From Chloroflexota bacterium (GTDB lineage: Bacteria > Chloroflexota > Dehalococcoidia > Lucifugimonadales > UBA3495), in contig JAQBVF010000017.1 in the NCBI GenBank assembly GCA_027623675.1, positions 14,185 through 78,184 of the forward strand: DNA of 64,000 nt, read 5' to 3'. The translations under genes were made by a program, and so were the position numbers. The notes beneath the pieces are model-generated. The model made no database searches. It was not told where the DNA came from and saw only the letters and a program-made list of their open reading frames with translations. The number at the start of each line of letters is the position of its first letter. The first letter of the stretch is position 1. This document shows, in pieces, positions 8,985 through 18,808 of this stretch.

Positions 8985-10649
8985 TTGGATTCCCCCAAAG
9001 ACTTCGAAAAACTACGGGAGTGCAGCGCCCTTTGGCGTGATAGGCAGGACCCCAGCGCCCAGCGGAAGACCGAGTTCAAGACGCCGTCTCAGGTGATTGT
9101 GGACCAGGTTTACACCCCCGAAAACACCGCCGAGGAGAGGTACCTGGAGGACCAGGGCCTGCCCGGCGAATACCCCTATCTGCGCGGGGTGCACGCTTCC
9201 GGCTACCGGGGGCGGCTCTGGACCATGCGCATGTTCGCCGGATTCGGCCGGCCGGAGGAGACCAACGCGCGCTTCAAGTTCCTTTTGGACCAGGGGCAAA
9301 CGGGTTTGAGCGTAGCTTTCGACATGCCCACGCTCTACGGCTACGACACCGACGACCCCCGCGCGGCCGGCGAGTTTGGCACCTGCGGCGTGGCGGTGTC
9401 GTCCCTGGCCGACATGGAGACTCTCTTTCAGGGCATCAAGCTGGACCAGATCACCACATCCATGACCATCAACAGTCCGGCGGCCATCATCTGGGCCATG
9501 TACATCGCCTTGGCCGAGAAGCAGGGCGCGCCGCTGGACCGGCTGGGCGGCACCATCCAGAACGACATTCTCAAGGAGTACATCGCCCAGAACGAATACA
9601 TCTTCCCGCCGGAGCCGTCGGTCCGGCTGGTGGTCGACACCGTTGAATTCGCCACGCGCCAGGTGCCCCGCTGGAACCCCATCAGCATCAGCGGCTATCA
9701 CATCCGCGAGGCCGGCTCCAACGCCATTCAGGAATTGGCCTTTACCCTGGCCGATGGGTTTGAATACGTCCGCCGCACACTGGAAAGGGGCCTCAAGGTG
9801 GACGAGTTCGCGCCCCGGCTCAGCTTCTTCTTCAACTCGCACAATAACTTCTTCGAGGAAGTGGGCAAGTTCCGGGCCGCCCGCCGCATCTGGGCCAGGG
9901 AGATGCAGGATACCTTCGGGGCCAAGGACCCACGCTCCATGCAACTGCGGTTCCACGCCCAGACATCGGGGCAGACATTGACCGCCCAGCAGCCCGAGAA
10001 CAACGTGGTCCGCGTGTCCTATCAGGCCTTGGCCGCGGTGATGGGCGGATGCCAGTCACTGCACACCAACGGCAAGGACGAAGCCTGGGCGCTTCCATCG
10101 GAAGAGGCGGCCCTCCAAGCCCTTCGCACCCAGCAGATCATCGCCCACGAGACCGGCGTTACCGACACGGTGGACCCGCTGGGCGGCAGCTACTTCGTTG
10201 AGGCGATGACCAACGAGTTGGAAGCTGCCTGCTACGAGTATTTCAGACGCATCGACGACGTGGGCGGCGTGCTGCCGGCGCTTGAGACCGGGTTCTTGCA
10301 GCGGGAGATCGCCGACGCTTCCTATGTGTACCAGATGGAAGACGACCGCAGGGAGCGCATCACGGTTGGCGTCAACGAGTACAACACCGGCGCGGGCACC
10401 GAGATACCCCTGCTGCGGGTCGACCGCGAAGGCGAGAAGAAGCAGATCGACAGCCTAAATGAGGTCCGCCGCACCCGGGACAACCGAGAGGTCGCCCGAA
10501 GGCTGAAGGACCTTGAAGTCGCCGCGCGAGGCTCAGAGAACACCATGCCCTACCTGGTGGAAGCCTCCAAGGCCTACGCCACCCTGGGCGAGATGATGGA
10601 CGTGTTCCGCGAAGTGTTTGGCGAGTACCATCCCTCATGGGGATACTGA
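8985..10649 (+). CDS. B12-dependent acyl-CoA mutase large (substrate-binding) subunit, isobutyryl-CoA-mutase-like
   Basis: [55 protein letters not shown] motifs. No B12-binding domain. TTG start after GGAGG. Confidence 0.92.
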   Translation: MDSPKDFEKLRECSALWRDRQDPSAQRKTEFKTPSQVIVDQVYTPENTAEERYLEDQGLPGEYPYLRGVHASGYRGRLWTMRMFAGFGRPEETNARFKFLLDQGQTGLSVAFDMPTLYGYDTDDPRAAGEFGTCGVAVSSLADMETLFQGIKLDQITTSMTINSPAAIIWAMYIALAEKQGAPLDRLGGTIQNDILKEYIAQNEYIFPPEPSVRLVVDTVEFATRQVPRWNPISISGYHIREAGSNAIQELAFTLADGFEYVRRTLERGLKVDEFAPRLSFFFNSHNNFFEEVGKFRAARRIWAREMQDTFGAKDPRSMQLRFHAQTSGQTLTAQQPENNVVRVSYQALAAVMGGCQSLHTNGKDEAWALPSEEAALQALRTQQIIAHETGVTDTVDPLGGSYFVEAMTNELEAACYEYFRRIDDVGGVLPALETGFLQREIADASYVYQMEDDRRERITVGVNEYNTGAGTEIPLLRVDREGEKKQIDSLNEVRRTRDNREVARRLKDLEVAARGSENTMPYLVEASKAYATLGEMMDVFREVFGEYHPSWGY

Positions 10650-10668
10650 GCCAACTCCAGTGAAGATG

Positions 10669-10702
10669 AAAAAATGCCCCGGATCACGCCGGGGCATTTT
10701 TT
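10669..10702. terminator. Bidirectional intrinsic terminator
   Basis: AAAAAATGCCCCGG-atcacg-CCGGGGCATTTTTT between convergent genes. Confidence 0.88.
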
Positions 10703-10724
10703 ACGGCTAGACCAGGACTGGCCC

Positions 10725-12773
10725 CTAGACCAATTCCTGTTCCCTGGCCCGTTTGGCGTCTTCGATCACTTTGGACTCTAGATTGGGCGGGACCTGATCG
10801 TAGTGATCAAACACCAGTGAGTAGGTGCCCCGGCCGTGGCTCACCGAGCGCAGGTCTTGGGCGTAGCGCTGCACCTCGGCCAACGGCACTTCCGCCTCGA
10901 TGAGCGTTACGCCGTCGCCGGGGTTCATGCCCAGGATGCGGCCGCGCTTCACGTTGAGGTCGCTGATGACCTCACCGGTGTAGGCGTCGGGCACGGTCAC
11001 GGATAGTTTGACCACCGGCTCCAATAGCACCGGGGCGGCGTCGCCAACACCCTGCCTCAGCGCTTGGCTGCTGGCGATCTCGAAGGACATGCCTGACGAG
11101 TCGACGTCGTGATAGCTGCCGTCGTACAGGACCGCTTTAAGGTCGACCAACGGGAACCCCGCCAGCGCCCCTTCATCCAGGCCTTTGACGACCCCCTTCT
11201 CCACCGAGGGTATGTATTCCTTGGGGACCCGCCCGCCGGTCACCTCAGTGGTGAACTCGAATCCCCGGTCCCGCTCCTGGGGCTCCAGACGGATCAAGAC
11301 GTGTCCGAACTGACCGTGGCCACCCGACTGTTTCTTGTGACGGTATTCGCTATTCGTTACCTTGGTGATGGTTTCCCGGTACGGCACCCGGGGCATTCTC
11401 ACCCGCAGGTCGGCGCCGAACTTGCGCTTGATCTTCTCCAGGGCCACTTCGATCTGGGCGTCGCCCAGGCCGGTGATCAACGACTCACTGGTGTTGGCGT
11501 CGCGGCTGAATTGCAGGGTCGGGTCTTCTTCCACGATCCGGCTGAGGGCCATGGACATCTTGTCCAAGTCTTCTTTGGACGCCGGGGTGACGGCCATCCG
11601 GAAGTAGCCGACCGGTTGGTTGATGCTGGGGAAGGTCACCGGGTTGTCCTTGGTGCACAACGTGTCGCCGGTCAGCGTGGAACTCAGCTTACCGATGGCC
11701 CCGATGTCACCGGCGGTGATCTCAGTGACGTTTTCTTGGTGCTTGCCCTTGGGCAGATAGAGTTGGCCGATGCGCTCGGATTGTTCCCGGTTGCTATTCC
11801 AGACTTCGGAGTTGCTCTTGATGCTCCCCTGGTAGACCCGGAACACCGACAGCTTGCCAACGAACGGGTCGGCGGTGGTTTTGAACACGAAAGCCGCCAA
11901 TGGGCCGACCGGGTCGGTCCGGTATTCGGTCCGTTCGGTTCCCTTGAGGAGGACCGCGGGATTGCCGTCAACCGGGGAGGGCAGGAAGGAGCGGGTGGTC
12001 TCAAGGAACTCATCGATCCCTATGCCTACGGGAGTGGATGAAGTGGCTAATATGGGCACCAACTGCCCGGCCAAAACTGCCGTCCGCACTCCTGAGATCA
12101 CCTCTTCGGCAGACAGTTCCTCGCCGCTCAGGTAGCGGTCGGCCAGATCGTCATCGCTTTCGGCAGCCGCTTCGATCAAGCGGTCACGGGCGGCTGCTAC
12201 TTCGTCGGCGATCTCGGCGGGGATATCAGTGGGCGGATCGATGATGCTGACCACGCCCCTAAAGTCGTGGGCGTCTCCCAGGGGTACTTGGAAGGGGATG
12301 CACTGGCGCCCGAAAGTCGCCTGAATGTCGGACACGTTCCGCGAGAAATTGGCATTCTCCCGGTCCATCTTGTTGACCACGAACATTCGGGGGATCTGGG
12401 CCGACTCGCACATCTTCCAGGAGCGTTCGGTCCCCACGTCCACGCCGGTGGGGGCGGATACCACGATGACTGCTCCCTCGACCACCCGGAGGGCGCTAAC
12501 CACCTCACCCAGGAAGTCGTCGTATCCCGGAGTGTCCAGGAAATTTATCTTGGAATCGTCCGCCTTGATGGAGAGCAGGGTGGTCTGAATGCTGCCGCCG
12601 CGTTTAATCTCTTCCGGTTCGTAGTCGGATACGGTATTGCCGTCGGTGATACTGCCCAGGCGAGTGATTGCTTTGGTGGCGAAGAGGGCGGCTTCGCCCA
12701 AAGAGGTCTTTCCGGAGCCGGAGTGTCCGAGGAGGGCCACGTTTCTCAGGTCTTTAGCATCCATAATTGGCAT
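10725..12773 (-). CDS. fusA: Elongation factor G paralog (EF-G2-like)
   Basis: GHSGSGKT, DTPGY, NKMD, KKQSGGHGQFG, DGSYHDVDSS motifs. Not in a str operon. Confidence 0.92.
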   Translation of the reverse strand: MPIMDAKDLRNVALLGHSGSGKTSLGEAALFATKAITRLGSITDGNTVSDYEPEEIKRGGSIQTTLLSIKADDSKINFLDTPGYDDFLGEVVSALRVVEGAVIVVSAPTGVDVGTERSWKMCESAQIPRMFVVNKMDRENANFSRNVSDIQATFGRQCIPFQVPLGDAHDFRGVVSIIDPPTDIPAEIADEVAAARDRLIEAAAESDDDLADRYLSGEELSAEEVISGVRTAVLAGQLVPILATSSTPVGIGIDEFLETTRSFLPSPVDGNPAVLLKGTERTEYRTDPVGPLAAFVFKTTADPFVGKLSVFRVYQGSIKSNSEVWNSNREQSERIGQLYLPKGKHQENVTEITAGDIGAIGKLSSTLTGDTLCTKDNPVTFPSINQPVGYFRMAVTPASKEDLDKMSMALSRIVEEDPTLQFSRDANTSESLITGLGDAQIEVALEKIKRKFGADLRVRMPRVPYRETITKVTNSEYRHKKQSGGHGQFGHVLIRLEPQERDRGFEFTTEVTGGRVPKEYIPSVEKGVVKGLDEGALAGFPLVDLKAVLYDGSYHDVDSSGMSFEIASSQALRQGVGDAAPVLLEPVVKLSVTVPDAYTGEVISDLNVKRGRILGMNPGDGVTLIEAEVPLAEVQRYAQDLRSVSHGRGTYSLVFDHYDQVPPNLESKVIEDAKRAREQELV

Positions 12774-12993
12774 CGCTCCCTTTAACGTTGATTGAAAGGA
12801 TTGGCCAACTGGCCTCTACAGGCCAGTAGAGATCGCACAGAGACTTGCCATACGTGTTTTGTTAATCGTCTGCGGCCTTGCACCTCACGGCTGAGATGGA
12901 GCGCCGCATTTTGTGCCCCTATTCTATGGCTTTTGTGAGACCGGCGCAATTGGTAATCTGTGCCTGAATTATGGAGGCGTCCAGACCGGCGGA

Positions 12994-13021
12994 TTGACAC
13001 CCCGTTAGCCACGGATATAAT
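12994..13021 (+). promoter_or_regulatory. Near-consensus sigma70 promoter for the RidA gene
   Basis: TTGACA-16 bp-TATAAT. Confidence 0.7.
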
Positions 13022-13132
13022 GGGCAATTACTCATCTGCGGTTCCGTCAGCGGGTCGGGGCGACATCGGTCCGAACGAGAGTCCCTTAATGGCAAACCCG
13101 CATTTTGAAACTTCTGAATAAAGCAGGTTTAG

Positions 13133-13519
13133 ATGCCCAAAAAAGAGATCGTATCCACGGACAAGGTAACCGCTGGCGCGGCGCCTCTGTCCCAGGCCAC
13201 TAAGCTAGGTAACCTGGTGTTTGTGGCCGGAAACACCGGCCGCCACCCCACCAATGGCTCGGTCGGCAGTGGCATCAAAGAGCAGACCAGGTATGCGCTG
13301 GAACGTATCTCTCTGATCCTGGAGGCCGCGGGTTCGTCCATCGACAACGTGTTGACCAACACCTGCTACGTTTCCAACCGGGACGACCTGCCGGGCTTCA
13401 ACGAGGTCTATGCCGAGTTCTTCACCCAGGACCGTCCGGCCCGGACCACCGTGGTGGTCAATTTCGGCGACGCCAACAACCTGGTTGAGGTCACCAGCAC
13501 CGCCTACATCTCCGATTAA
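13133..13519 (+). CDS. RidA/YjgF family protein
   Basis: PLSQA, LVFVAG, FNEVYAEFF...PARTTV, LVEV motifs. Confidence 0.9.
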   Translation: MPKKEIVSTDKVTAGAAPLSQATKLGNLVFVAGNTGRHPTNGSVGSGIKEQTRYALERISLILEAAGSSIDNVLTNTCYVSNRDDLPGFNEVYAEFFTQDRPARTTVVVNFGDANNLVEVTSTAYISD

Positions 13520-13603
13520 GGCGCCGCTCCAAGCTACCGGCGAGGCCGGATTTCCAGACAGAAGGGCTTTCCTGCGCGATCCGGAGTTGGCGGGAGTTAA
13601 CAA

Positions 13604-13834
13604 GTGAGCGCACGAGCATATATCTTGATCGAAACCCAAGTCGGCAAATCGCGGGATGTCCTGGCGGCGCTCCGGTCCATGCCCCGTGTGCCGTCCGCAG
13701 ACATCATCACCGGCGAGTTCGATATCATCGCCCTGGTGGAAGCGGAGGACATGGTCTCCATGGCCGACGCCGTCACCGGGCAGGTCCAGTCAGTCGCCGG
13801 CGTGATTCGCACCATCACCTGCGTCGCCGCCTGA
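13604..13834 (+). CDS. Lrp/AsnC ligand-binding-domain protein
   Basis: RAYILIET, ITGEFDIIA, GVIRTIT; 76 aa stand-alone domain. Confidence 0.88.
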   Translation: MSARAYILIETQVGKSRDVLAALRSMPRVPSADIITGEFDIIALVEAEDMVSMADAVTGQVQSVAGVIRTITCVAA

Positions 13835-13871
13835 TCCTAAATCAGGCCCGCTGGACGCCCGCTCTGACCAA

Positions 13872-14183
13872 CTAGCCCACTTTCTTGTAGATTGTGTGCG
13901 TCCGGTTGGTGGCGTGGGGCCGTATCTGTGTTGGCCAGTCGCCCTTCTCCGATTCAGCCAGCCAGCCGTCGGACGTGGGGATATCTGGTGAGTCGATGTC
14001 GTAGAGGGCGGCGTACCGGGCCATCCCTTGGTTGTTGGTCGATTCCACCCGGTAACGCACACAGCCGTTGACGCCCGGCGCTTTTACGATGTTGGGGACG
14101 TGTTGGGTGTCATACACCCGGTTGAATTCGTCTTCCATCTCCGCGGGGATGTCCATCATCACCAGGTAAGCGTAGTCTCCCAT
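13872..14183 (-). CDS. EthD/DUF4286-like dimeric alpha-beta barrel protein
   Basis: MDIPAEMEDEFNRVYDTQHVP...PGV...RY...YAALYDI. ATG 14183 follows AGGAGG. Confidence 0.8.
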   Translation of the reverse strand: MGDYAYLVMMDIPAEMEDEFNRVYDTQHVPNIVKAPGVNGCVRYRVESTNNQGMARYAALYDIDSPDIPTSDGWLAESEKGDWPTQIRPHATNRTHTIYKKVG

Positions 14184-14213
14184 GGGGTTCCCTCCTAGTA
14201 GTGCCTGCATATC

Positions 14214-14242
14214 TTGACCGGGGCCAAGCGGCCCTATAGAAT
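14214..14242 (+). promoter_or_regulatory. Sigma70-type promoter with no downstream + strand CDS (candidate sRNA promoter)
   Basis: TTGACC-17 bp-TAGAAT. Confidence 0.55.
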
Positions 14243-14247
14243 CAGAG

Positions 14248-14317
14248 ACTCAGCGACCGGTCGTGTCCCGCTCCTTCAGCGGTTCCTTCGCCTTGGCGGA
14301 CCGGCCGCTCTTTTTTT
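14248..14317 (+). ncRNA. Candidate small structured RNA (three-way junction, CCUU(C) motifs, U7 tail)
   Basis: AGCGACCGGTC/GACCGGCCGCT outer stem (10 of 11 bp), inner hairpins CCGCT-CCTTC-AGCGG and CGC-CTTG-GCG, T7 tail, upstream promoter. Confidence 0.5.
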
Positions 14318-14353
14318 GCCCAGATATTGCCCGCCGTGCTCAGCCCGCCGTGC

Positions 14354-14902
14354 TCAGTAAGTGAGAGCCGAAGTGGTGCCCTCGGGCAGGTCGACATCCA
14401 ACGCCTGCAGACCGTGGGCCAGGCTGTGGTAGTAGCCGCTGACGACCAGAATGTCCACGATGCCGGCGTCGCCCACGATGGCCCTAAGCGCCTCGAACGT
14501 GGTGTCGGAAACCCGGTGCTGGCGCAGTATCTCAAGCACGAACCCGACCACCGCGGCGTCCTTGGCGTCCAGTCCTGCCGGCGCCCGGTACTCCCGTATG
14601 GCGGCGATGACTTCGTCGGACAGCCCGGCGGCCTTGGCGGCGGGCTGGTTTACGGTCCACACGTAATGCCCGCAGGCCTCCCGCGCGGCGGTTAGCACGG
14701 CCAGCGCTTTGACTCGCGGGTCAAGCGGCGTCTCGTACCGGGCATAGCCACCCAACCCCGCCATGGCGCCTGCCGCCTGGGGGTTGTTGAGCAAGGCAGC
14801 GTAGTTCCGGGCGACGCCGCCCCGGCTGTTCTCGATCTCGTCCCATACCGCCTGCCCGGCGGCGTCCATGTTCTCTCTGGTGGCGTAAGGCACTCTGGTC
14901 AT
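14354..14902 (-). CDS. Carboxymuconolactone decarboxylase/AhpD-like family protein
   Basis: MTRVPY, LLNNP...LGGYAR...LDPRVKALAVLTAAR...YVW pattern. Confidence 0.8.
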   Translation of the reverse strand: MTRVPYATRENMDAAGQAVWDEIENSRGGVARNYAALLNNPQAAGAMAGLGGYARYETPLDPRVKALAVLTAAREACGHYVWTVNQPAAKAAGLSDEVIAAIREYRAPAGLDAKDAAVVGFVLEILRQHRVSDTTFEALRAIVGDAGIVDILVVSGYYHSLAHGLQALDVDLPEGTTSALTY

Positions 14903-15015
14903 GGTGGCCCTCCTGATTGGTTTGAATCGGCTTGCCTGGATCGCCGATCGGGTCCATTCGCAAAAAATCAGGCCAGGCCCGTTGGGGAGCCTGACCTGCT
15001 TTCAGTTTGTCCTGA

Positions 15016-17304
15016 TCAGTCGGCCGCTTGAAGGCCGGCTGGTTCTCCGTCTTTGGCCCACATGGCTTCTAGCAGAGCGCCGGGAGACATGGGCAGGTGT
15101 GTCATGCGGAGGCCGGTGGCCCTGGCGATCCCGTTGGCGATGGCAGCCATCGGGGGAACGATGGGCACTTCACCCACGCCCCTGACGCCGTAGGGATGGC
15201 CGGGATTGGCCACTTCCACGATGATGGTATTGATCATCGGCAGGTCCAGACTGGTGGGCATCCGGTAGTCGAGAAACGAGGAGTTCTCCATCCGGCCGTC
15301 TTTGCTGTAGAAGTATTCTTCGTTCAGCGCCCAGCCGATGCCCTGCACCACGCCGCCCTGCATCTGGCCCTCCACGTAACTGGGATGGATGGCTTTGCCG
15401 GCGTCCTGGACTATGGTGTAGTCCAAGATGGTGACCTTGCCGGTTTCGGGGTCAACTTCAAGGTCGACCACGTGGGTGCCGAACGCGCCGCCCGCGCCCT
15501 TGGGGTCTACGGTGGTCTGGCTGGAGAGGCCGCCGCCGGTCCCGGCCAACCGGCCGGCCAGTTCTTTGAACGTGAAGCTCAGGTCAGGGTCCGACTTGTG
15601 CCGGAAGACCCCGTCAGTCATCTCCACGTCGTCGGCGGAGATATCCCAGATCGAAGCGGCCCGCTCGACCATCTGCTGTTTGATGCGCCCGGCGGTCTCG
15701 TAGGCCGCCCAGCCGGTGGCGAATGTTGTGCGGCTGCCGCCGGTCATGGCCGTGTAGCCAACAGAGTCGGTGTCGGCCACGCTGGGGTGGACATCCTCGT
15801 AGGGTATGCCCAGCACCTCGGCCGCCTGCATGGCGATGGAGGCGCGGGTGCCGCCGATGTCAGTGGAGCCTTCCACCAGGCTGATCGTTCCGTCGGGATT
15901 GACGGCTATGGAGCAGCTCGACTGGAACCCGATGTTGAACCAGAAGCCGGTGGCGACACCCCGGCCCCGGTACGGTCCCTTGAGTTCCGACTTGTATTGG
16001 GCGGAGTCCTTGGCGGCCTCTAGGCATTCCACGTTGCCGATGACCGGGTAGATGGGTCCGTCAACGCGGCGGGTGCCCTCTTTTGCGGCGTTCATCAGCC
16101 TGAATTCCAAGGGGTCGATGTTCAACTTCTGGGCCAGTTCATCCACCACCTGCTCGCCCGCGTAGGCGACGTTGGGGGCGGCAGGCGCCCGGTACGGTGC
16201 GACCTTGGGTTTGTTCACCAGAACGTCGTACCCATCGGTCAGCATGTTTTCGATGTCGTAGGGGGCGAAGATGCACTGGGCGCCGGCCCCGACCAATGAG
16301 CCGGGGAAACCCCCAGCCTCAAACGCCAGATAAGCCTGGGCGGCGATGATGTTCCCATCGCGGGTCGCGCCCATCTTGACCTTCATGTGGGTGCCCGACG
16401 TCGGGCCGGTGCTCTCAAACGTCTCGGCCCTGGTCATGGTCATCTTGACCGTGCGGCCGGTCTTCTTGGAGAGGATGGCGGCCAGCGGCTCCAGGTAGAC
16501 GGGAATCTTGCCGCCAAACCCGCCGCCGATCTCCAATGGCACCACTTTAATCTTGGACACCGGCAGATCCAAGATGAGGGCAAGGGAGTCGCGGGCGGTG
16601 AATGCGCCCTGGGTGCTGCACCAGATGGTAACCTGGCCGTCGTGGTTCCACATCGCGGAAGCCGAATGGGGCTCGATGTAACCCTGGTGCACGGTCTCGT
16701 TGCTGAACTCCCGCTCGACGATCACATCGGCCTTGGCGAAGGCCGCGTCCACGTCGCCCTGGGAGTACTGGATGTGGGTGGCCACGTTGCTCTTCTTGTC
16801 GGTGCGCTCGCCCAGTTCGGTGGTGGTCAGGTCCTCGTGGAGCAGCGGCGCGCCTTCGGCCATGGCCTGATGGACGTTCATCACGGCTGGCAATACTTCG
16901 TACTCGACCTTGATCTCGGCCAACGCCGCTTCGGCCACATGTTGGTTGACCGCCGCCACGGCCGCGACGGGGTGCCCTTTGTACAGCGCCTTGGCCCGGG
17001 CCATCAGGTTGTCGCTGGACATCTTGACCCCACGGCCGGCGTCGGCCTTGTTTGCGCCGGGCATGTCCTGGCCGGTGATGACCGCCTCAACGCCTTTCAT
17101 GGCCAGGGCTTTGCTGGCGTCGATGGACTTGATCACCGCGTGGGCGTGGGGGCTGCGCAGTACCTTGCCGTACAGCATCCCGGCGGCCTGAAAATCCCCG
17201 CCGTATTTAGCTCTTCCGGTCACCTTATCGGTGCCGTCCGGGCGGACCGGGCGGGTGCCGACAACTTTGTATTCGGTGTTGGACAGAATTATATTATCCG
17301 CCAT
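15016..17304 (-). CDS. Xanthine dehydrogenase family molybdopterin-binding subunit
   Basis: KVTGRAKY, LRSPHAHA, IGGGFGGK, YRAP, TGGSR, GQMQGG, GVGE motifs. Confidence 0.94.
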   Translation of the reverse strand: MADNIILSNTEYKVVGTRPVRPDGTDKVTGRAKYGGDFQAAGMLYGKVLRSPHAHAVIKSIDASKALAMKGVEAVITGQDMPGANKADAGRGVKMSSDNLMARAKALYKGHPVAAVAAVNQHVAEAALAEIKVEYEVLPAVMNVHQAMAEGAPLLHEDLTTTELGERTDKKSNVATHIQYSQGDVDAAFAKADVIVEREFSNETVHQGYIEPHSASAMWNHDGQVTIWCSTQGAFTARDSLALILDLPVSKIKVVPLEIGGGFGGKIPVYLEPLAAILSKKTGRTVKMTMTRAETFESTGPTSGTHMKVKMGATRDGNIIAAQAYLAFEAGGFPGSLVGAGAQCIFAPYDIENMLTDGYDVLVNKPKVAPYRAPAAPNVAYAGEQVVDELAQKLNIDPLEFRLMNAAKEGTRRVDGPIYPVIGNVECLEAAKDSAQYKSELKGPYRGRGVATGFWFNIGFQSSCSIAVNPDGTISLVEGSTDIGGTRASIAMQAAEVLGIPYEDVHPSVADTDSVGYTAMTGGSRTTFATGWAAYETAGRIKQQMVERAASIWDISADDVEMTDGVFRHKSDPDLSFTFKELAGRLAGTGGGLSSQTTVDPKGAGGAFGTHVVDLEVDPETGKVTILDYTIVQDAGKAIHPSYVEGQMQGGVVQGIGWALNEEYFYSKDGRMENSSFLDYRMPTSLDLPMINTIIVEVANPGHPYGVRGVGEVPIVPPMAAIANGIARATGLRMTHLPMSPGALLEAMWAKDGEPAGLQAAD

Positions 17305-17522
17305 AAAGTCTACCTCACGCGTAATCTGAGTCTGCCTGGACGCTTGATCTGGAGCCTGGATAAGATTGGCAAAATTGTATCATAGCAGCCCGATTCCCCG
17401 GGTCCTCGGATATATGAGAGAATTGCCGTCGAATAGACCTAGCCCGGCAACAAGTTCGGGGTTATTTTCCGGGTTATTTTTTAGTTATTCACGCGACCAC
17501 TTGCGACGTCACTGAGGTTACT

Positions 17523-18749
17523 ATGGAACCGTTAAAAGATATCAGGGTCCTGGCAGTTACCGTGTACCTGGCCGGGCCGTTCGCCTCCATGAACCTGGCC
17601 CGCATGGGCGCCGAGGTCATCAAGGTGGAGATCCCCGGCAAGGGAGACCCGGTCCGGGGCAACGGCCCTTTCGCCGGCCCCAAAGGGACCAACGCCCAGC
17701 GCCAGACCGATGAGGACATATCCACCCGCTTCCTGAAACGCACGCAGGGCGTGAAGAGCGTAACCATCAACCTGAAGAGCGCCAAGGGCAAGCAGATGTT
17801 CTTGGACCTGGTCAAACAGTCGGACGTAGTGTTGGAGAACCTGGCCCCTGGCTCGCTGCGTCGCATCGGGCTGGGCTATGAAGAGGTCGCCAAGGTCAAC
17901 CCCGGCATCGTCTACGCGTCGATCTCCGGCTACGGACAGACCGGTCCCTACGCCGACAAACCAGCCCACGACCCGCAGATACAGGGCATGAGCGGTCTGA
18001 TGGACATAAATGGCGAGATGGGAGGACCGCCCATCAAGGTTGGCTTCTACATCGGCGACCTGGTTACGCCCCTGTTCGCCTGCTACTCCATACTCGCCGC
18101 CCTCAGAGAGAAAGAAAGGACCGGCCAGGGCCAGTACCTGGACGTGTCGATGATGGACACCCTGGTGTCGCTGATGTTCATGGAGAACCTGGAGGAGAGC
18201 ATCGCCGACGGCCAGCCACTGCGCACCGGCAACATCAGCCGCAGCGGGCCCACCGGGCTATACCAGACCAAGAACGGCGACCTGTCCTTGACCGTCACCA
18301 GCGACGACCAGTGGGGCCGCCTGTCCCGCGCCATGAATGCCCCCGAATTGCTGGAGGACCCCCGGTTCTGTGACTATGTGGCCCGAACCGAGAATGTGGA
18401 AGACGCCCGGAAAGAGATACAACGTCTGATCGGCGAATATTCCCTGGAGGACGCCCTGCGGATCTTGGAAGAGCACGACGTGCCCTGCGCCCCGGTGCGG
18501 ACCGCTGAGCAGGTGATGAACGACCAACACTTCTGGGACCGGGGCAGTCTATTGCCCATGCTGAACGCCGCAATGGGCGGGCCCGTTGAGGGAGTAGCAT
18601 CTGGTTTCCCCGTAATATTCTCCGGCGGAGAGCTTCCTCAGGTACCCGGCGCTCCCACCCTGGGGATGCACAACAATGAGATATTCTCCAAGCTCTTGGG
18701 TCTAACCGACGACGACATTGAGAAACTGAAAGAAGAAAACGTAGTCTAG
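17523..18749 (+). CDS. Family III CoA-transferase (CaiB/BaiF)
   Basis: LAGPFA..LARMGAEVIKVE, DVVLEN, SISGYGQTGP, HD motifs. Confidence 0.93.
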   Translation: MEPLKDIRVLAVTVYLAGPFASMNLARMGAEVIKVEIPGKGDPVRGNGPFAGPKGTNAQRQTDEDISTRFLKRTQGVKSVTINLKSAKGKQMFLDLVKQSDVVLENLAPGSLRRIGLGYEEVAKVNPGIVYASISGYGQTGPYADKPAHDPQIQGMSGLMDINGEMGGPPIKVGFYIGDLVTPLFACYSILAALREKERTGQGQYLDVSMMDTLVSLMFMENLEESIADGQPLRTGNISRSGPTGLYQTKNGDLSLTVTSDDQWGRLSRAMNAPELLEDPRFCDYVARTENVEDARKEIQRLIGEYSLEDALRILEEHDVPCAPVRTAEQVMNDQHFWDRGSLLPMLNAAMGGPVEGVASGFPVIFSGGELPQVPGAPTLGMHNNEIFSKLLGLTDDDIEKLKEENVV

Positions 18750-18808
18750 AAGTCGGATGCCCCGAGGGAATCGGGGCCGACGGCTGATAGCTCGAAAGGA
18801 GCCACACC

